Shown in pieces: positions 1 to 10,003 of a stretch of DNA of 64,000 nt. A model generated the notes under the pieces. That model did no database searches. It had not been told where the DNA came from and saw only the letters and a list, made by a program, of their open reading frames with translations. The DNA comes from an uncultured bacterium (GTDB taxonomy: Bacteria; Planctomycetota; UBA1135; GCA-002686595), in the NCBI GenBank assembly GCA_943787795.1, contig CALSNU010000002.1:448001-512000 (forward strand). The letters run 5' to 3'. Within the stretch, counting starts at the first letter, position 1. Each line of letters opens with the position of its first letter. The position numbers were made by a program, and so were the translations under genes.

Positions 1-2
1 AA

Positions 3-1406
3 CGGCTCGAGGTCCCCAAGGAGCTCCTCGCTCGGTACGCGACCTCGGCGCCGCGCTACACGTCCTATCCCACCGCGGTGGACTGGGAGAAGGACCCCGA
101 GCGGGCGTTCGACCCGACGACCTACGGCGAGCGCCTGGAGGCCGCCGCGGCGGCGCGGCCGGACGAGGCCATCTCGCTCTATACCCACATCCCCTACTGC
201 GCCGAACTGTGCCTGTTCTGCGGCTGTAACGTCCAGATCTCGCGGTCCGCGGAGCGCCGCGAGCGCTACCTGGAGGCGGTCGAGCACGAGCTTCGGTTCA
301 TCGAGCAGACCGGGATCCAGCGGCGCGAGGTCAAGCAGTTCCACTGGGGCGGCGGCACCCCCACGAGCCTTGATCCCGACCAGCTGGCGCGCCTGTTCGA
401 GTCGATCATGGGGCGCTTCCGCATGGCGGAGGGGGCGGAGGTCTCCATCGAGGTCGACCCGCGGGTCACGACGACCGAGCAGATCGAGCGCCTCGCGGCG
501 CTCGGCTTCAACCGGATCTCCATGGGGGTCCAGGACTTCGAGCCCGACGTCCAGAGCGCGATCAAGCGAGTCCAGTCCGAAGAGATGACGCGCAACGTCA
601 TCCAGAGCGCCAGGGAGTCAGGGATGGAGTCGGTCAACATCGACCTCATCTACGGCCTCCCCCATCAGACCCGGGACGGCTTCAAGCGGACCGTGGAGAC
701 CACCCTGGACATCGCTCCGGAGCGCGTGGCGCTGTTCCATTACGCCCACGTCCCCTGGATGAAGAAGCACCAGGCGGCCATGGATACGGACGCCATGCCC
801 TCCGCGGAGCAGAAGCTGGACCTCTTCGCCGACTCGATCGAGGCCTTCGACGCGGCGGGCTATGTCTACCTGGGCCTGGACCACTTCGCCCTCCCCGAGG
901 ACGAGCTCAGCGTCGCGGCCGCGGACGGCACCCTGCACCGCAACTTCATGGGCTATACCACCCAGCGGGGCAGGGAGATGGTCTCCCTCGGCGTCTCCTC
1001 CATCGGCGAGGTGGACGGCTGCTACGTCCAGAACATCGCCAACGAGCCGGAGTACGTCCGGGACGTCGCCGAGCGCGGGTTCGCCACCTACCGGGGCCAC
1101 GCCATGACCCCCGAGGACCGCCTGCGCCGGGACATCATCCTTGAGCTCATGTGCAACGGGCGCGTGGACAAGCGTCGTATCGAGACCGAGCACGGCATCG
1201 ACTTCGACGCCACCTTCGCGCTCGAGCTGGGCGAGCTACAGATCCCCGCCGAGGACGGGCTCGTGGAGCTCAGCGCCGACGAGATCAAGCTGACCCCCGT
1301 GGGTCAGGTCCTGATGCGCAACGTCGCTGTCCCCTTCGACCGCTACCTCCGCCAGCGCAAGGCCAGCGGCGAGAGCGGTCAGTCCACGTTTTCCAAGACG
1401 CTCTGA
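3..1406 (+). CDS. hemN: Oxygen-independent coproporphyrinogen III oxidase (radical SAM), 5' end truncated by the window
   Basis: Frame open from base 3 (PRYTSYPTA); HIPYCAELCLFCGC radical SAM motif, GGGTPT, HRNFMGY. Confidence 0.95.
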   Translation, partial: RLEVPKELLARYATSAPRYTSYPTAVDWEKDPERAFDPTTYGERLEAAAAARPDEAISLYTHIPYCAELCLFCGCNVQISRSAERRERYLEAVEHELRFIEQTGIQRREVKQFHWGGGTPTSLDPDQLARLFESIMGRFRMAEGAEVSIEVDPRVTTTEQIERLAALGFNRISMGVQDFEPDVQSAIKRVQSEEMTRNVIQSARESGMESVNIDLIYGLPHQTRDGFKRTVETTLDIAPERVALFHYAHVPWMKKHQAAMDTDAMPSAEQKLDLFADSIEAFDAAGYVYLGLDHFALPEDELSVAAADGTLHRNFMGYTTQRGREMVSLGVSSIGEVDGCYVQNIANEPEYVRDVAERGFATYRGHAMTPEDRLRRDIILELMCNGRVDKRRIETEHGIDFDATFALELGELQIPAEDGLVELSADEIKLTPVGQVLMRNVAVPFDRYLRQRKASGESGQSTFSKTL

Positions 1407-1410
1407 GGCC

Positions 1411-2952
1411 ATGGCGGACGCGAACGTCATCGACAGCGGGTCCATGAACGACGTCATCGTCGTGGGCGCCGGCCTGACCGGGCTCGCCTGCGCGCACGAG
1501 CTCCGCTCCCGGGGCCTCCGGGTCCTCGTCCTTGAGGCCACACGCCGCGCCGGCGGCGTCGTCGGCACCGGTGAGCGGAACGGGTTCCTCTTCGAGAGCG
1601 GGCCCAACACGGTCCCCGCGGGCGCCCGCCATGTACGAGAGGCCGCCGGCAAGCTCGGCCTTGGTGACAAGCTGATCACCTCCAACGCGGCGGCCAAGCG
1701 GCGCTACCTCTTCAAGGACGGAGGGCTGCACGCGCTCCCGGGCTCACCCTCCGCCCTGCTCCGCACCCCGCTCCTCTCCGCGCGCGCCAAGCTCAAGGTC
1801 CTCTCCGAGCCGCTGCGCCGCTTCCGACCCGAGCCCCAGGCGCCCGAACCGACCTTCGAGGCGTTCCTCACCGAGCGCATCGGCCGGGAGGCCACACGCA
1901 CCCTCGCGGGGGCCTTCGTCCGGGGCGTGTATGCCGCCGAGATTGAAGAGCTCGGCGCGCGCAGCGCGTTCCCTCGCATGCACGCCATGTGCAGCGAGAG
2001 CGGCGGGCTGATCCGGGGCCTCCTCCGCAGGCGTCGCGAGGCTCGCCGAGCCCGGCGGCGAGGGGACGCTCCCCCCCCCGGACCGCGCACCTCGTCCACG
2101 GACCTGATCTCATTCCAGGGTGGCTTCGGGACGCTCATCGACGGATATCGTCGCGCCCTCGAGGGCTCCCTCTCCCTGACCACTCCCGTGGTGGAAATCG
2201 ACCGCGGCCCCGGTGGCTGGCGGGCGATTCTGGAGAGCGGCGAGTCCCTGGCCTGCCGCGACCTCGTGCTCGCCACGCCTGCGCCGGCGGCGTACCCGCT
2301 GATCGCGCTCTGCGCACCGGAGCGCCTCGACCTCGACGCCCTCCTGAACCTCCAGCACGCGGCGGTCACCGCCGTGCACCTCGGCCTCGAGAACGTGGAG
2401 CTACCGCCGGGCTTCGGCTTCCTCGTGCCGCCCGATGAGCAGGCGCGCCGCGACCCGCGCACCCCGGGGGTCCTCGGGACGCTGTTCACCTCACGGATCT
2501 TCGACGGGCGCGCCCCCTCCGGGACCTCCTCGATCACGTCCATGTTCCGCGGCGGCGACGTCGCGGATCTGGTCGGAGATGAGCTCGTGGACCGAACCCT
2601 CGTCGAGCTGGAGCGTGCCCTCGCCGGCTACCGCAGGACGCACCCTGGCGACCTCACCCCGACCGGGGCCCCTCGAGTCGTCGCCTCCCTGGTCCAGCGC
2701 TGGACCAACGTCATCCCGCGCTACGCTCCCGGCCACGACCGCCGCATGGAGCAGCTCGTCGCCGGCTGCGCGCGGCACCTGCCCGGCCTGCACCTCGCCG
2801 GTAGCTACCTCGGAGGCGTGTCGGTCGACGATCGAATCCGGGTCGGGATCAACGTGGCCAACGACGCCGCGGCGCGCCTCTCGCACGTGACCGGGCGCCC
2901 ACGCGAGGCAGCCTCGGCCGCACCGCCGCCCACGCGAGGAGAGGTCTCGTGA
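1411..2952 (+). CDS. hemY: Protoporphyrinogen/coproporphyrinogen oxidase, HemY family
   Basis: VGAGLTGL FAD motif, FESGPN, IPRY, GVSV; located in hem cluster. Confidence 0.88.
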   Translation: MADANVIDSGSMNDVIVVGAGLTGLACAHELRSRGLRVLVLEATRRAGGVVGTGERNGFLFESGPNTVPAGARHVREAAGKLGLGDKLITSNAAAKRRYLFKDGGLHALPGSPSALLRTPLLSARAKLKVLSEPLRRFRPEPQAPEPTFEAFLTERIGREATRTLAGAFVRGVYAAEIEELGARSAFPRMHAMCSESGGLIRGLLRRRREARRARRRGDAPPPGPRTSSTDLISFQGGFGTLIDGYRRALEGSLSLTTPVVEIDRGPGGWRAILESGESLACRDLVLATPAPAAYPLIALCAPERLDLDALLNLQHAAVTAVHLGLENVELPPGFGFLVPPDEQARRDPRTPGVLGTLFTSRIFDGRAPSGTSSITSMFRGGDVADLVGDELVDRTLVELERALAGYRRTHPGDLTPTGAPRVVASLVQRWTNVIPRYAPGHDRRMEQLVAGCARHLPGLHLAGSYLGGVSVDDRIRVGINVANDAAARLSHVTGRPREAASAAPPPTRGEVS

Positions 2953-3785
2953 ATCAAGAGCTCATCCAGGCCCTCAGCGTCGCCCTCCCGAGCCTCTATC
3001 TCTTCCTGGGCGTCCTCTACGGAATGTCCTTCGCAGGAGACCGAGAGCCGCCGATTCACCGCGCCCGCAAGGCGTTGATGCTGTCGACGATCGCGCTGCA
3101 CGCCGGCCTCTTCGCCCTGCTGGGCGATGCGTCCGGCGGGTTCCCGCGCCTCGATGTGTGGCTCTCGTTCTCGGCCGTCTGCCTCGGCATGGTGTCGCTC
3201 TTCTCCCTCGTCACCCTCCGGAATCAGCAGCCCACCGTCGCGGCGATCGTCTTCATCGCCGCCTTCCTGCTCCAGCTCTCTGCGAGCATGTTCGGCCCGC
3301 TGCGCGCGCTCACCGAGCGCGGCCCCTCCACGATCAGCACGATCATGCACGTGCTCACTGTGGTCCTCGCCAGCGCGGCGGTGATGCTCTCGGGGCTGTA
3401 CGGCTTCCTCTACCTGCTGCTGTTCCGCCAGATGCGGCGGCAGACCTTCGGCGCGCTCTTCCGCCAGCTCCCCGACCTCCGCCAGCTGGCGGTCATGACG
3501 CGCCTCTCCGCGCTGACGGGCTTCCTGGGCCTCCTGCTCGGGGTCAACGTCGGCATCGCCATGGCCCACAGCCGGGGCATCGAGGGGTTCGGCTACACCG
3601 ACTCGTTCGTGTTGAGCATGTTCGCGATCTGCCTCCACTTCGGGCTCATCGCGTTCTCCAAGCGCATCCCCGGGATCACCGCGAATCGGGCGAGCTGGGC
3701 GGCCGTAGGCGGGCTGATACTCCTCCTCGGTGCGCTGGTCGCGTCCGCGCTCATCCCCGAGGCGTCGTTCCACTCCCTCGACTGA
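2949..3785 (+). CDS. Cytochrome c assembly protein, CcsA/HemX-like membrane protein
   Basis: About 8 hydrophobic segments, conserved His, LPDL motif; directly upstream of hemA. Confidence 0.75.
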   Translation: MNQELIQALSVALPSLYLFLGVLYGMSFAGDREPPIHRARKALMLSTIALHAGLFALLGDASGGFPRLDVWLSFSAVCLGMVSLFSLVTLRNQQPTVAAIVFIAAFLLQLSASMFGPLRALTERGPSTISTIMHVLTVVLASAAVMLSGLYGFLYLLLFRQMRRQTFGALFRQLPDLRQLAVMTRLSALTGFLGLLLGVNVGIAMAHSRGIEGFGYTDSFVLSMFAICLHFGLIAFSKRIPGITANRASWAAVGGLILLLGALVASALIPEASFHSLD

Positions 3786-3788
3786 GCC

Positions 3789-5039
3789 ATGCACTCGATC
3801 GACGACCTCGTCCTGGTGGGAATGTCCCAGCGGACCGCTCCGGTGGCGGTGCGGGAGCGGTACGCCGTCAGCGAGGAGGACGCACGGGCGCTGCTCCAGC
3901 AGCTCAGCCAGGGCGGGCTCGTGGAGGAGGGCGTGGTCCTGTCCACCTGCAACCGCACCGAGATCCTCGCCTCCACCACCGACGGCACCCAGGGGGCAGC
4001 GACGCTCCGCGGGGCGCTGTTCAGGAACGCCGAGGAGCGTCACGTCTACGGCTTCCGCGGGGTCGAGGCGATCATGCACCTCTTTCGCGTCGCCTCGGGG
4101 CTCGACAGCCTGGTGCTCGGAGAGACTGAGATCCTCGGACAGCTGAAGCGCAGCCTCGAGGCGGGGCTCACCGGTAAGAAGCTGACGCCCCTCTACGAGC
4201 AGGCCATCACCGTGGGCAAGCGCGTCCGCCGCGAGACGTCGATCGGTGAGGGGAGCCTCTCGGTCGCGCGGGTGGGGCTCGAGGTGGCCTCACGCGCCGT
4301 GGGCCGCTTTGAGGAGCGGCGGGCGGTGGTCGTCGGGGCAGGCGAGACCGGCCTGCTCGTGGCGCGCAACCTGACCGCCGCCGGCATCGGGCACCTGCGC
4401 CTCATGAACCGCACCCCAGAGCGATCCGCGGAGGCCGCCCTGGAGCTCGGTGACAGGGTGGATTCCGCCGGGCTGGAGCGCCTGCCCGAGGAGTTCGAGG
4501 CCGCCGACCTCGCGGTCGTCTGCGTGGACGGTTCGGAGCCCCTGGTGAGCGCAGCGGACCTGAATCAGAAGGCCCTGGCGAAGCGAGACCAGCCCCTGGT
4601 CGTCCTCGACCTGTCGGTCCCCCGCTCGGTCGCGCCGGATGTGGCGGGCCTGGACGGCGTGATCGTCTACGACCTTGACGCGCTGCTGCCCGTGATCGAG
4701 GAGCACCGGGCGGGCCGCCAGGCCGCCGCCGAGGAGGTCACGCCCATCCTGATCGGCGAGGTCCACAAGTTCCTCAGCCTGCGCACCTTCGCGGCGTTCA
4801 CGCCAGCCATCGAGGAGCTGAAGAGCGGCTTCGCCGAGGAACGCGAGCTGCTCCTCGATCGCGTCACGAAGGGCCAGGCCACCGCGCGCGAGCTGGAGCT
4901 GGCGCACGCCATGGAGCGGCAGCTCCTGCACCTCGCCCTCTCCCAACTCAAGGAGAGTGCCAGGCAGACCCAGTCCACCGCTGCCCTCGAGCGCGCCTAC
5001 CTGCGCTTCGTTGACGGGCTCCCCGGCGACGTGAGCTGA
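3789..5039 (+). CDS. hemA: Glutamyl-tRNA reductase
   Basis: LSTCNRTE, HLFRVASGLDSLVLGE, VGAGETG, DLSVPR. Confidence 0.96.
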   Translation: MHSIDDLVLVGMSQRTAPVAVRERYAVSEEDARALLQQLSQGGLVEEGVVLSTCNRTEILASTTDGTQGAATLRGALFRNAEERHVYGFRGVEAIMHLFRVASGLDSLVLGETEILGQLKRSLEAGLTGKKLTPLYEQAITVGKRVRRETSIGEGSLSVARVGLEVASRAVGRFEERRAVVVGAGETGLLVARNLTAAGIGHLRLMNRTPERSAEAALELGDRVDSAGLERLPEEFEAADLAVVCVDGSEPLVSAADLNQKALAKRDQPLVVLDLSVPRSVAPDVAGLDGVIVYDLDALLPVIEEHRAGRQAAAEEVTPILIGEVHKFLSLRTFAAFTPAIEELKSGFAEERELLLDRVTKGQATARELELAHAMERQLLHLALSQLKESARQTQSTAALERAYLRFVDGLPGDVS

Positions 5040-5263
5040 GCGCCCGCGGCCCCCGCCAGGCCGATCGCAAGGGGCCTCTTCGAGCCCTGCTTCCACGCTC
5101 CGCTCGGGTGGTCCCGTGCGCGCCCGTTCAGCGCCGCTGTTCAGGCCACCCCGCGGAGGAGATCCAGGCGCGTTGGGCATGACCCCCCTGGTTCTCTGCT
5201 CGGCGGATCCGAGCCGGCGGCTTCTCAAGGGCAGGGTTCGTCCGGTGCGCGTATCTTCGGGGA

Positions 5264-6298
5264 ATGCCCAGCAGCTCCTGGATCAAGAGACTCGCGCCCG
5301 CGGCGGGGTGCCTCGCCGTCGCCCTCGTGTCCACCGCCGTGGCCCGGGTCGAACCCCAGGACCGTGACGGCATCGCCGAGCGTATGGCTCGAGCCGCCCA
5401 GTCGATGCTCGCGGCGCTCCCGGACAAGCTGAGCAGCAACGCGAGAGCTGCCCACGGGGACCCGGAGCGGACCCAGTGGGCCTTCGGCCCCGTCCAGCGC
5501 GAAGGGCTCGCCATCGGCGCGCTTGACGAGGATCAGGTCGCGGCGCTCGAGGAGCTCCTGGACACGGCCCTCTCCACCGATGGCATGACCATGTGGCGGC
5601 AGGTCAGGCGCCTGGAGACGGAACTCCGACGACTCGAGTCCACGCCGGAGAAGGTCGCGACCCACCGCGACCCGGACCTCTACTGGCTCCGGGTGTACGG
5701 TGAGCCTGGCCCCGAGCAGCGGTGGTCCTGGCGCTTCGAGGGCCACCACCTCGCGCTCCATGTGGACTGCCGCGCCGGGCGCACGCCGAGCGTCACCCCC
5801 TTCTTCGTAGGGGCACGTCCCGTGCTCGCGGTCCCCAACTCAGCAGACCCCGAGGCCAGCGCCCCGAGGTCGACGGTCGACGTCTTCGGGGCCCTCAATG
5901 AGGACTATCGCTCTGCCCTTGAGGGCGGAGGCGACGCGCTCCCCGAGTCCGAGCAGCCCCGTCCCAGGGACATCCGGATGGGGCCTGGCAGCGACTCGTT
6001 GCCTGGGGAGGACGGCGTGCGGTTCGCCGACCTCAAGCCAGAGGTGCGCGAGGGCATCGCGGCCCTCATGAGCACCTACCTTGAGCTGCTCGACGAGCCG
6101 CTGCGCGTCCCCTACAGCTTCGACCCCCAGCGAGCCGGCGCCGTGCGCTTCATGCGCTGGGGGGGGAGCGACCTCGATGGGCCCAGGGCATGGACCCTGC
6201 TCACCCCGAGGTTCGCGCTCGAGCTCTTCACGACCGATGGGCCCAACCACGTCCACGCGGTCCTCCGCGACGTCGACCGGGACTTCGGCGGCGAGTAG
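5264..6298 (+). CDS. Secreted DUF3500-like protein
   Basis: Signal peptide; RDPDLYWLRVYGEP, WSWRFEGHHL, NHVHAVLRD..DFG motifs. Confidence 0.7.
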   Translation: MPSSSWIKRLAPAAGCLAVALVSTAVARVEPQDRDGIAERMARAAQSMLAALPDKLSSNARAAHGDPERTQWAFGPVQREGLAIGALDEDQVAALEELLDTALSTDGMTMWRQVRRLETELRRLESTPEKVATHRDPDLYWLRVYGEPGPEQRWSWRFEGHHLALHVDCRAGRTPSVTPFFVGARPVLAVPNSADPEASAPRSTVDVFGALNEDYRSALEGGGDALPESEQPRPRDIRMGPGSDSLPGEDGVRFADLKPEVREGIAALMSTYLELLDEPLRVPYSFDPQRAGAVRFMRWGGSDLDGPRAWTLLTPRFALELFTTDGPNHVHAVLRDVDRDFGGE

Positions 6299-6309
6299 CA
6301 GGGCTTCGC

Positions 6310-6363
6310 GTCCGACCTCAGGACCCCGCTGTCCGATCTCAAGATCCCGCCGTCCGGCCTCAA
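6310..6363. repeat. Imperfect 21-bp tandem repeat (about 2.5 copies) upstream of hemC
   Basis: gtccgacctcaggaccccgct / gtccgatctcaagatcccgcc / gtccggcctcaa. Confidence 0.6.
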
Positions 6364-6429
6364 CTCCCAGGCCGCCGCCCACAACCCTCGGCCAAGATCC
6401 CCGGCCACCGGCTCCGGCCAAAGCTCTCC

Positions 6430-7338
6430 ATGCACCTTGCCACCCGAGGCAGCCAGCTCGCGCTCTGGCAAGCCCATACCACCCAGGCGATCCTCGGCGA
6501 AGAGCACGAGCTCCTGATCGTGAAGTCCTCCGGAGACCTTGACCGGGAGACCGAGCTCGCGCGGTTTGGGAGCATCGGCATCTTCACGGCCGAGGTGGAC
6601 CGGGCCGTCCTCGACGGCCGCGCCTCCATCGGCGTCCACAGCATGAAGGACATGACCACGACCCTTCAGGACGGCGTCGTGCTCGCGGGCTGCCTACCTC
6701 GAGGCCTCGTGGAAGACGCGTTGATCTCCAGGGACGGCGCGCTCCTCGGCGACCTCGCTGAGGGGAGCCGCGTGGGAACGGGCTCGCTACGCCGGGGCTC
6801 GATGCTGCGCGCCGCGCGAGGCGACCTCGAGGTCGTCCCCCAGCGCGGGAACGTGAATACGCGCCTGAACCAGGTCCTCGATGGGGACCTCGACGCCTGC
6901 CTGCTCGCGCGGGCCGGCCTGGATCGCCTCGGCCTCGCGAGTCACATCAGCGAGGTGCTCAGCGTCGAGCGCTTCCTCCCGGCCGTTGGTCAGGGGATCG
7001 TCGGGATCACGTGCCGTGAAGAGGACAGCGAGGCTCGCGCGGTCCTGGAGGAGAAGCTCCGGGACCCCGACGCCTGGGCGGCCGCGCTCGCGGAACGCGC
7101 CTTCCTCCGCGGCACGAACGGCGGCTGCAACGCCCCCATCGCCGGCCACGCCACCATCGATGCGGGGGAGCTCCACCTGCGCGGGAGAGTGCTCTCCGTC
7201 GACGGTGCCAGGCGCCTCGAGGGCGAGGTTCGCGGGCCAATGGACCGCGCCGAGGAGCTCGGCGCCACGCTCGCCGAGGAGCTGCTGTCCAAGGGCGCCG
7301 GGGCGCTGGTCGAAGAGGCCCGCCGGCTGACCTCATGA
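6430..7338 (+). CDS. hemC: Hydroxymethylbilane synthase (porphobilinogen deaminase)
   Basis: ATRGSQLALWQA, VHSMKD, GTGSLRR, RGNVNTRL, GGCNAP; start reassigned to ATG 6430. Confidence 0.96.
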   Translation: MHLATRGSQLALWQAHTTQAILGEEHELLIVKSSGDLDRETELARFGSIGIFTAEVDRAVLDGRASIGVHSMKDMTTTLQDGVVLAGCLPRGLVEDALISRDGALLGDLAEGSRVGTGSLRRGSMLRAARGDLEVVPQRGNVNTRLNQVLDGDLDACLLARAGLDRLGLASHISEVLSVERFLPAVGQGIVGITCREEDSEARAVLEEKLRDPDAWAAALAERAFLRGTNGGCNAPIAGHATIDAGELHLRGRVLSVDGARRLEGEVRGPMDRAEELGATLAEELLSKGAGALVEEARRLTS

Positions 7339-8057
7339 GCGTCGGCGGCTTGCCGAGGGTGTGCCTGACGGGACCCGCCACGCCGCGGGCCGCGGCGAGA
7401 TGGATCGACGCCGTGGGGGCGGCGGGGGCCTGGGAGCCCGTGCACTGCCCGCTGGTTCGGGTGGTGGGGCGACCCATCGAGCCCGCCGGGGTGACCCTGC
7501 TTCCGGCCATGGTCGCGGTGACCAGCCAGAACGCCATCCCGGCCCTGCGACGGCTCTGGGCCGAGCGGGTCGACGTGCGCGAGGCCCCCCACGCCGCGAT
7601 CGGTCTCGCGACCGCGCGCTCCCTGCGACAGGCGGGCGTCGACCCGGTCCTGGTGGGCCGGGCCGAGGAGAGCGGCGCGGCCCCCCTGGCCGACGCCATC
7701 GCCAAGGCGACGCAGCCCGGAGAGCGGATACTCTGGCCGCGAGGCGACCTGGCGTCAGACCTTAGAGAGCACCTCGTCGTCGCCGGGCGGATCGTGGAGG
7801 ACCCCGTGGCCTATCGCTCGGAAGAAGTGGCCGGCGCCGAACTCCCATCGCCCCTCGACGCTGCCTTCTTCGCCAGCCCCTCGGCCGTGCGCGCCTGGCT
7901 GCGGATCGCTGACGCACCCCGCGTCACCGCCATCGCCATTGGCGCCACGACCCAGTCTGAACTGGCGGTCTCGTACTCGAGATTCCAGAAGCTCTTGCGG
8001 CTCCATCGGCCGACACCAGACGCGCTCGTCGAGGCGCTCGCTACACTCCGCGGGTGA
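7335..8057 (+). CDS. hemD: Uroporphyrinogen-III synthase
   Basis: VTSQNAI, AIGLATA, FASPSAV, AIGATT; overlaps hemC and hemL by 4 bp each. Confidence 0.88.
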   Translation: MSVGGLPRVCLTGPATPRAAARWIDAVGAAGAWEPVHCPLVRVVGRPIEPAGVTLLPAMVAVTSQNAIPALRRLWAERVDVREAPHAAIGLATARSLRQAGVDPVLVGRAEESGAAPLADAIAKATQPGERILWPRGDLASDLREHLVVAGRIVEDPVAYRSEEVAGAELPSPLDAAFFASPSAVRAWLRIADAPRVTAIAIGATTQSELAVSYSRFQKLLRLHRPTPDALVEALATLRG

Positions 8058-9355
8058 ACCAGCAACACTTCGTCAGAACCCGTAGCGAGGAGATCTTCGC
8101 GGCCGCCAAGGAGCTCATCCCGGGGGGCGTGAACAGCCCCGTACGGGCGTACGGGAGCGTCGGTGGCGTCCCACCCCACCTCGTTCGCGGGAAGGGGCCC
8201 CTCGTCTGGGACGAGGATGGCAACGAGTACGTCGACCTCGTCGGCTCGTACGGCCCCCTCATCCTCGGGCACGGCAACGCCGAGGTGCGCGCGGCGCTCC
8301 ACGAGGCCGTCGACGGGGGCACCACCTTCGGCGCCCCCACCCGGGGCGAGCTGGACATGGCCCGCGACATCTGCGCGCGCGTCCACTCGGTGGAGATGGT
8401 CCGGCTGGTCAACTCAGGAACGGAGGCGACCATGTCCGCAGCCCGCCTCGCGCGCGCCGCGACGGGCCGCGAGAAGATCCTGAAGTTCGAGGGCTGCTAC
8501 CACGGTCACGGCGACTCCTTCCTCGTGGCCGCAGGCAGCGGCGCCCTCACCCTCGGCGCGCCGGACTCCCCCGGCGTCACGCGCGCCACAGCAGAGAACA
8601 GCCTGGTCGCCGTCTACAACGACCTCGATTCGGTCAAGGCAGTGTTCGACGAGCACGGCCCCGAGCTCGCCGCGGTCTTCGTGGAGCCGGTGGCCGGGAA
8701 CATGGGGACCATCCCCCCCGACGCGGGCTTTCTTGAGGGGCTCCGCGCGCACTGCGACGTGTCCGGAGCGCTGCTCGTGTTCGACGAGGTGATGACGGGC
8801 TTCCGCGTGGCGCGCGGCGGCTTCCAGGACTTCACCGAGGTCCGCTGCGACCTGATCACCCTCGGCAAGATCATCGGGGGCGGCCTCCCCGTCGGCGCCT
8901 ACGGCGGCCGTCGAGACCTCATGCAGCAGGTCGCGCCCGCGGGACCCATGTATCAGGCGGGCACCTTGAGCGGTAACCCACTCGCGGTGGCCGCCGGGCG
9001 CAAGACCCTGGAGATCCTCGGCCGCGACGGGATCTACGAGGCCCTCGAGGCGGCCGGCTCCCAGCTCTCGACCGGGCTCATGGAGATCGCGGCGCGACAC
9101 GGTCGCGTGCTCGCCGTCGGCCGCATCGGCTCGATGATGTGCCCCTACTTCTCCCCCGTGATGCCCCGCAACCTCACGGATGTCACGGCCACCGACCGGG
9201 AGGCATGGGTCCGCTTCTTCAACGAGATGCTCTCCCGTGGCGTCCTGATGCCCCCCTCTCCCTACGAGGCCTTCTTCCTGTCCGTGGAGCACGACAGCGG
9301 CGTCCTCGACCGGGTCCTCGACGCGGCAGAGGCCAGCTTCGCTGCGATCGCCTGA
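8054..9355 (+). CDS. hemL: Glutamate-1-semialdehyde 2,1-aminomutase
   Basis: PGGVNSPVRA, NSGTEAT, FDEVMTGFR, LGKIIGGGLP, GTLSGNP. Confidence 0.97.
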   Translation: MNQQHFVRTRSEEIFAAAKELIPGGVNSPVRAYGSVGGVPPHLVRGKGPLVWDEDGNEYVDLVGSYGPLILGHGNAEVRAALHEAVDGGTTFGAPTRGELDMARDICARVHSVEMVRLVNSGTEATMSAARLARAATGREKILKFEGCYHGHGDSFLVAAGSGALTLGAPDSPGVTRATAENSLVAVYNDLDSVKAVFDEHGPELAAVFVEPVAGNMGTIPPDAGFLEGLRAHCDVSGALLVFDEVMTGFRVARGGFQDFTEVRCDLITLGKIIGGGLPVGAYGGRRDLMQQVAPAGPMYQAGTLSGNPLAVAAGRKTLEILGRDGIYEALEAAGSQLSTGLMEIAARHGRVLAVGRIGSMMCPYFSPVMPRNLTDVTATDREAWVRFFNEMLSRGVLMPPSPYEAFFLSVEHDSGVLDRVLDAAEASFAAIA

Positions 9356-9403
9356 GCGCGACCGGGGCGAGGCGATCTCGCTCCGGGAGGGTAGGATCGG
9401 TCC

Positions 9404-10003
9404 ATGACGTCTCCCCAAGACCAAGCTGTCCGGGCCTCCCTTGAAGAGGCCCGGGCCACCCTCGACGCGTTCCTCTCCGACACCGACCTGATCCAGGCCG
9501 TCGGACAGTTCGCCCAGCGCTGCGAGGCGACGTTGAAGGGGGGCGGCAGGCTGCTGGCCTGCGGCAACGGCGGCTCCATGTGCGACGCCATGCACTTCGC
9601 CGAGGAGTGGACGGGCCGCTTCCGCGGCGACAGGAGCGCGCTCCCCGCCATGGCCTTCTCTGACCCGAGCCAGCTCTCGTGCATCGCCAACGACTTCGGC
9701 TACGACGAGGTCTTCGCCCGGTCCGTGGAGGCCCACGGTCGGACGGGAGACCTGCTCGTCTGTCTCTCCACCAGCGGCGACTCGCCCAACACCGTCCGGG
9801 CATTGGAAGAGGCGCGCCGCCTGGGGATTCAATCCGTCGCGCTCCTCGGCCATGGCGGCGGAAGAATGAAGGACCTCGCCGATCTCTCGATCGTCGTGCC
9901 GGTCGCGCAGACCTCGGACCGTATCCAGGAGCTGCACATCAAGATCATCCACACCGCGATCGAGATCGTGGAGCGGATGATGTTCCCCGGGAACTACGAG
10001 TGA
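9404..10003 (+). CDS. gmhA: D-sedoheptulose 7-phosphate isomerase
   Basis: CGNGGSMCDAMHFAEE, NDFGY, STSGDS, RIQELH. Confidence 0.93.
   Translation: MTSPQDQAVRASLEEARATLDAFLSDTDLIQAVGQFAQRCEATLKGGGRLLACGNGGSMCDAMHFAEEWTGRFRGDRSALPAMAFSDPSQLSCIANDFGYDEVFARSVEAHGRTGDLLVCLSTSGDSPNTVRALEEARRLGIQSVALLGHGGGRMKDLADLSIVVPVAQTSDRIQELHIKIIHTAIEIVERMMFPGNYE

Noticed and set aside
5040..5263. Possible structured RNA in the hemA downstream intergenic region
   Set aside because: Only short GC-rich hairpins; no recognisable tRNA, tRNA-Sec or riboswitch pattern.
9679..10002. N-terminal extension of the MpaA-like ORF, or UGA readthrough from gmhA
   Set aside because: This is an ordinary TGATG stop/start overlap in a different frame, and the lipoprotein signal begins at 10003.
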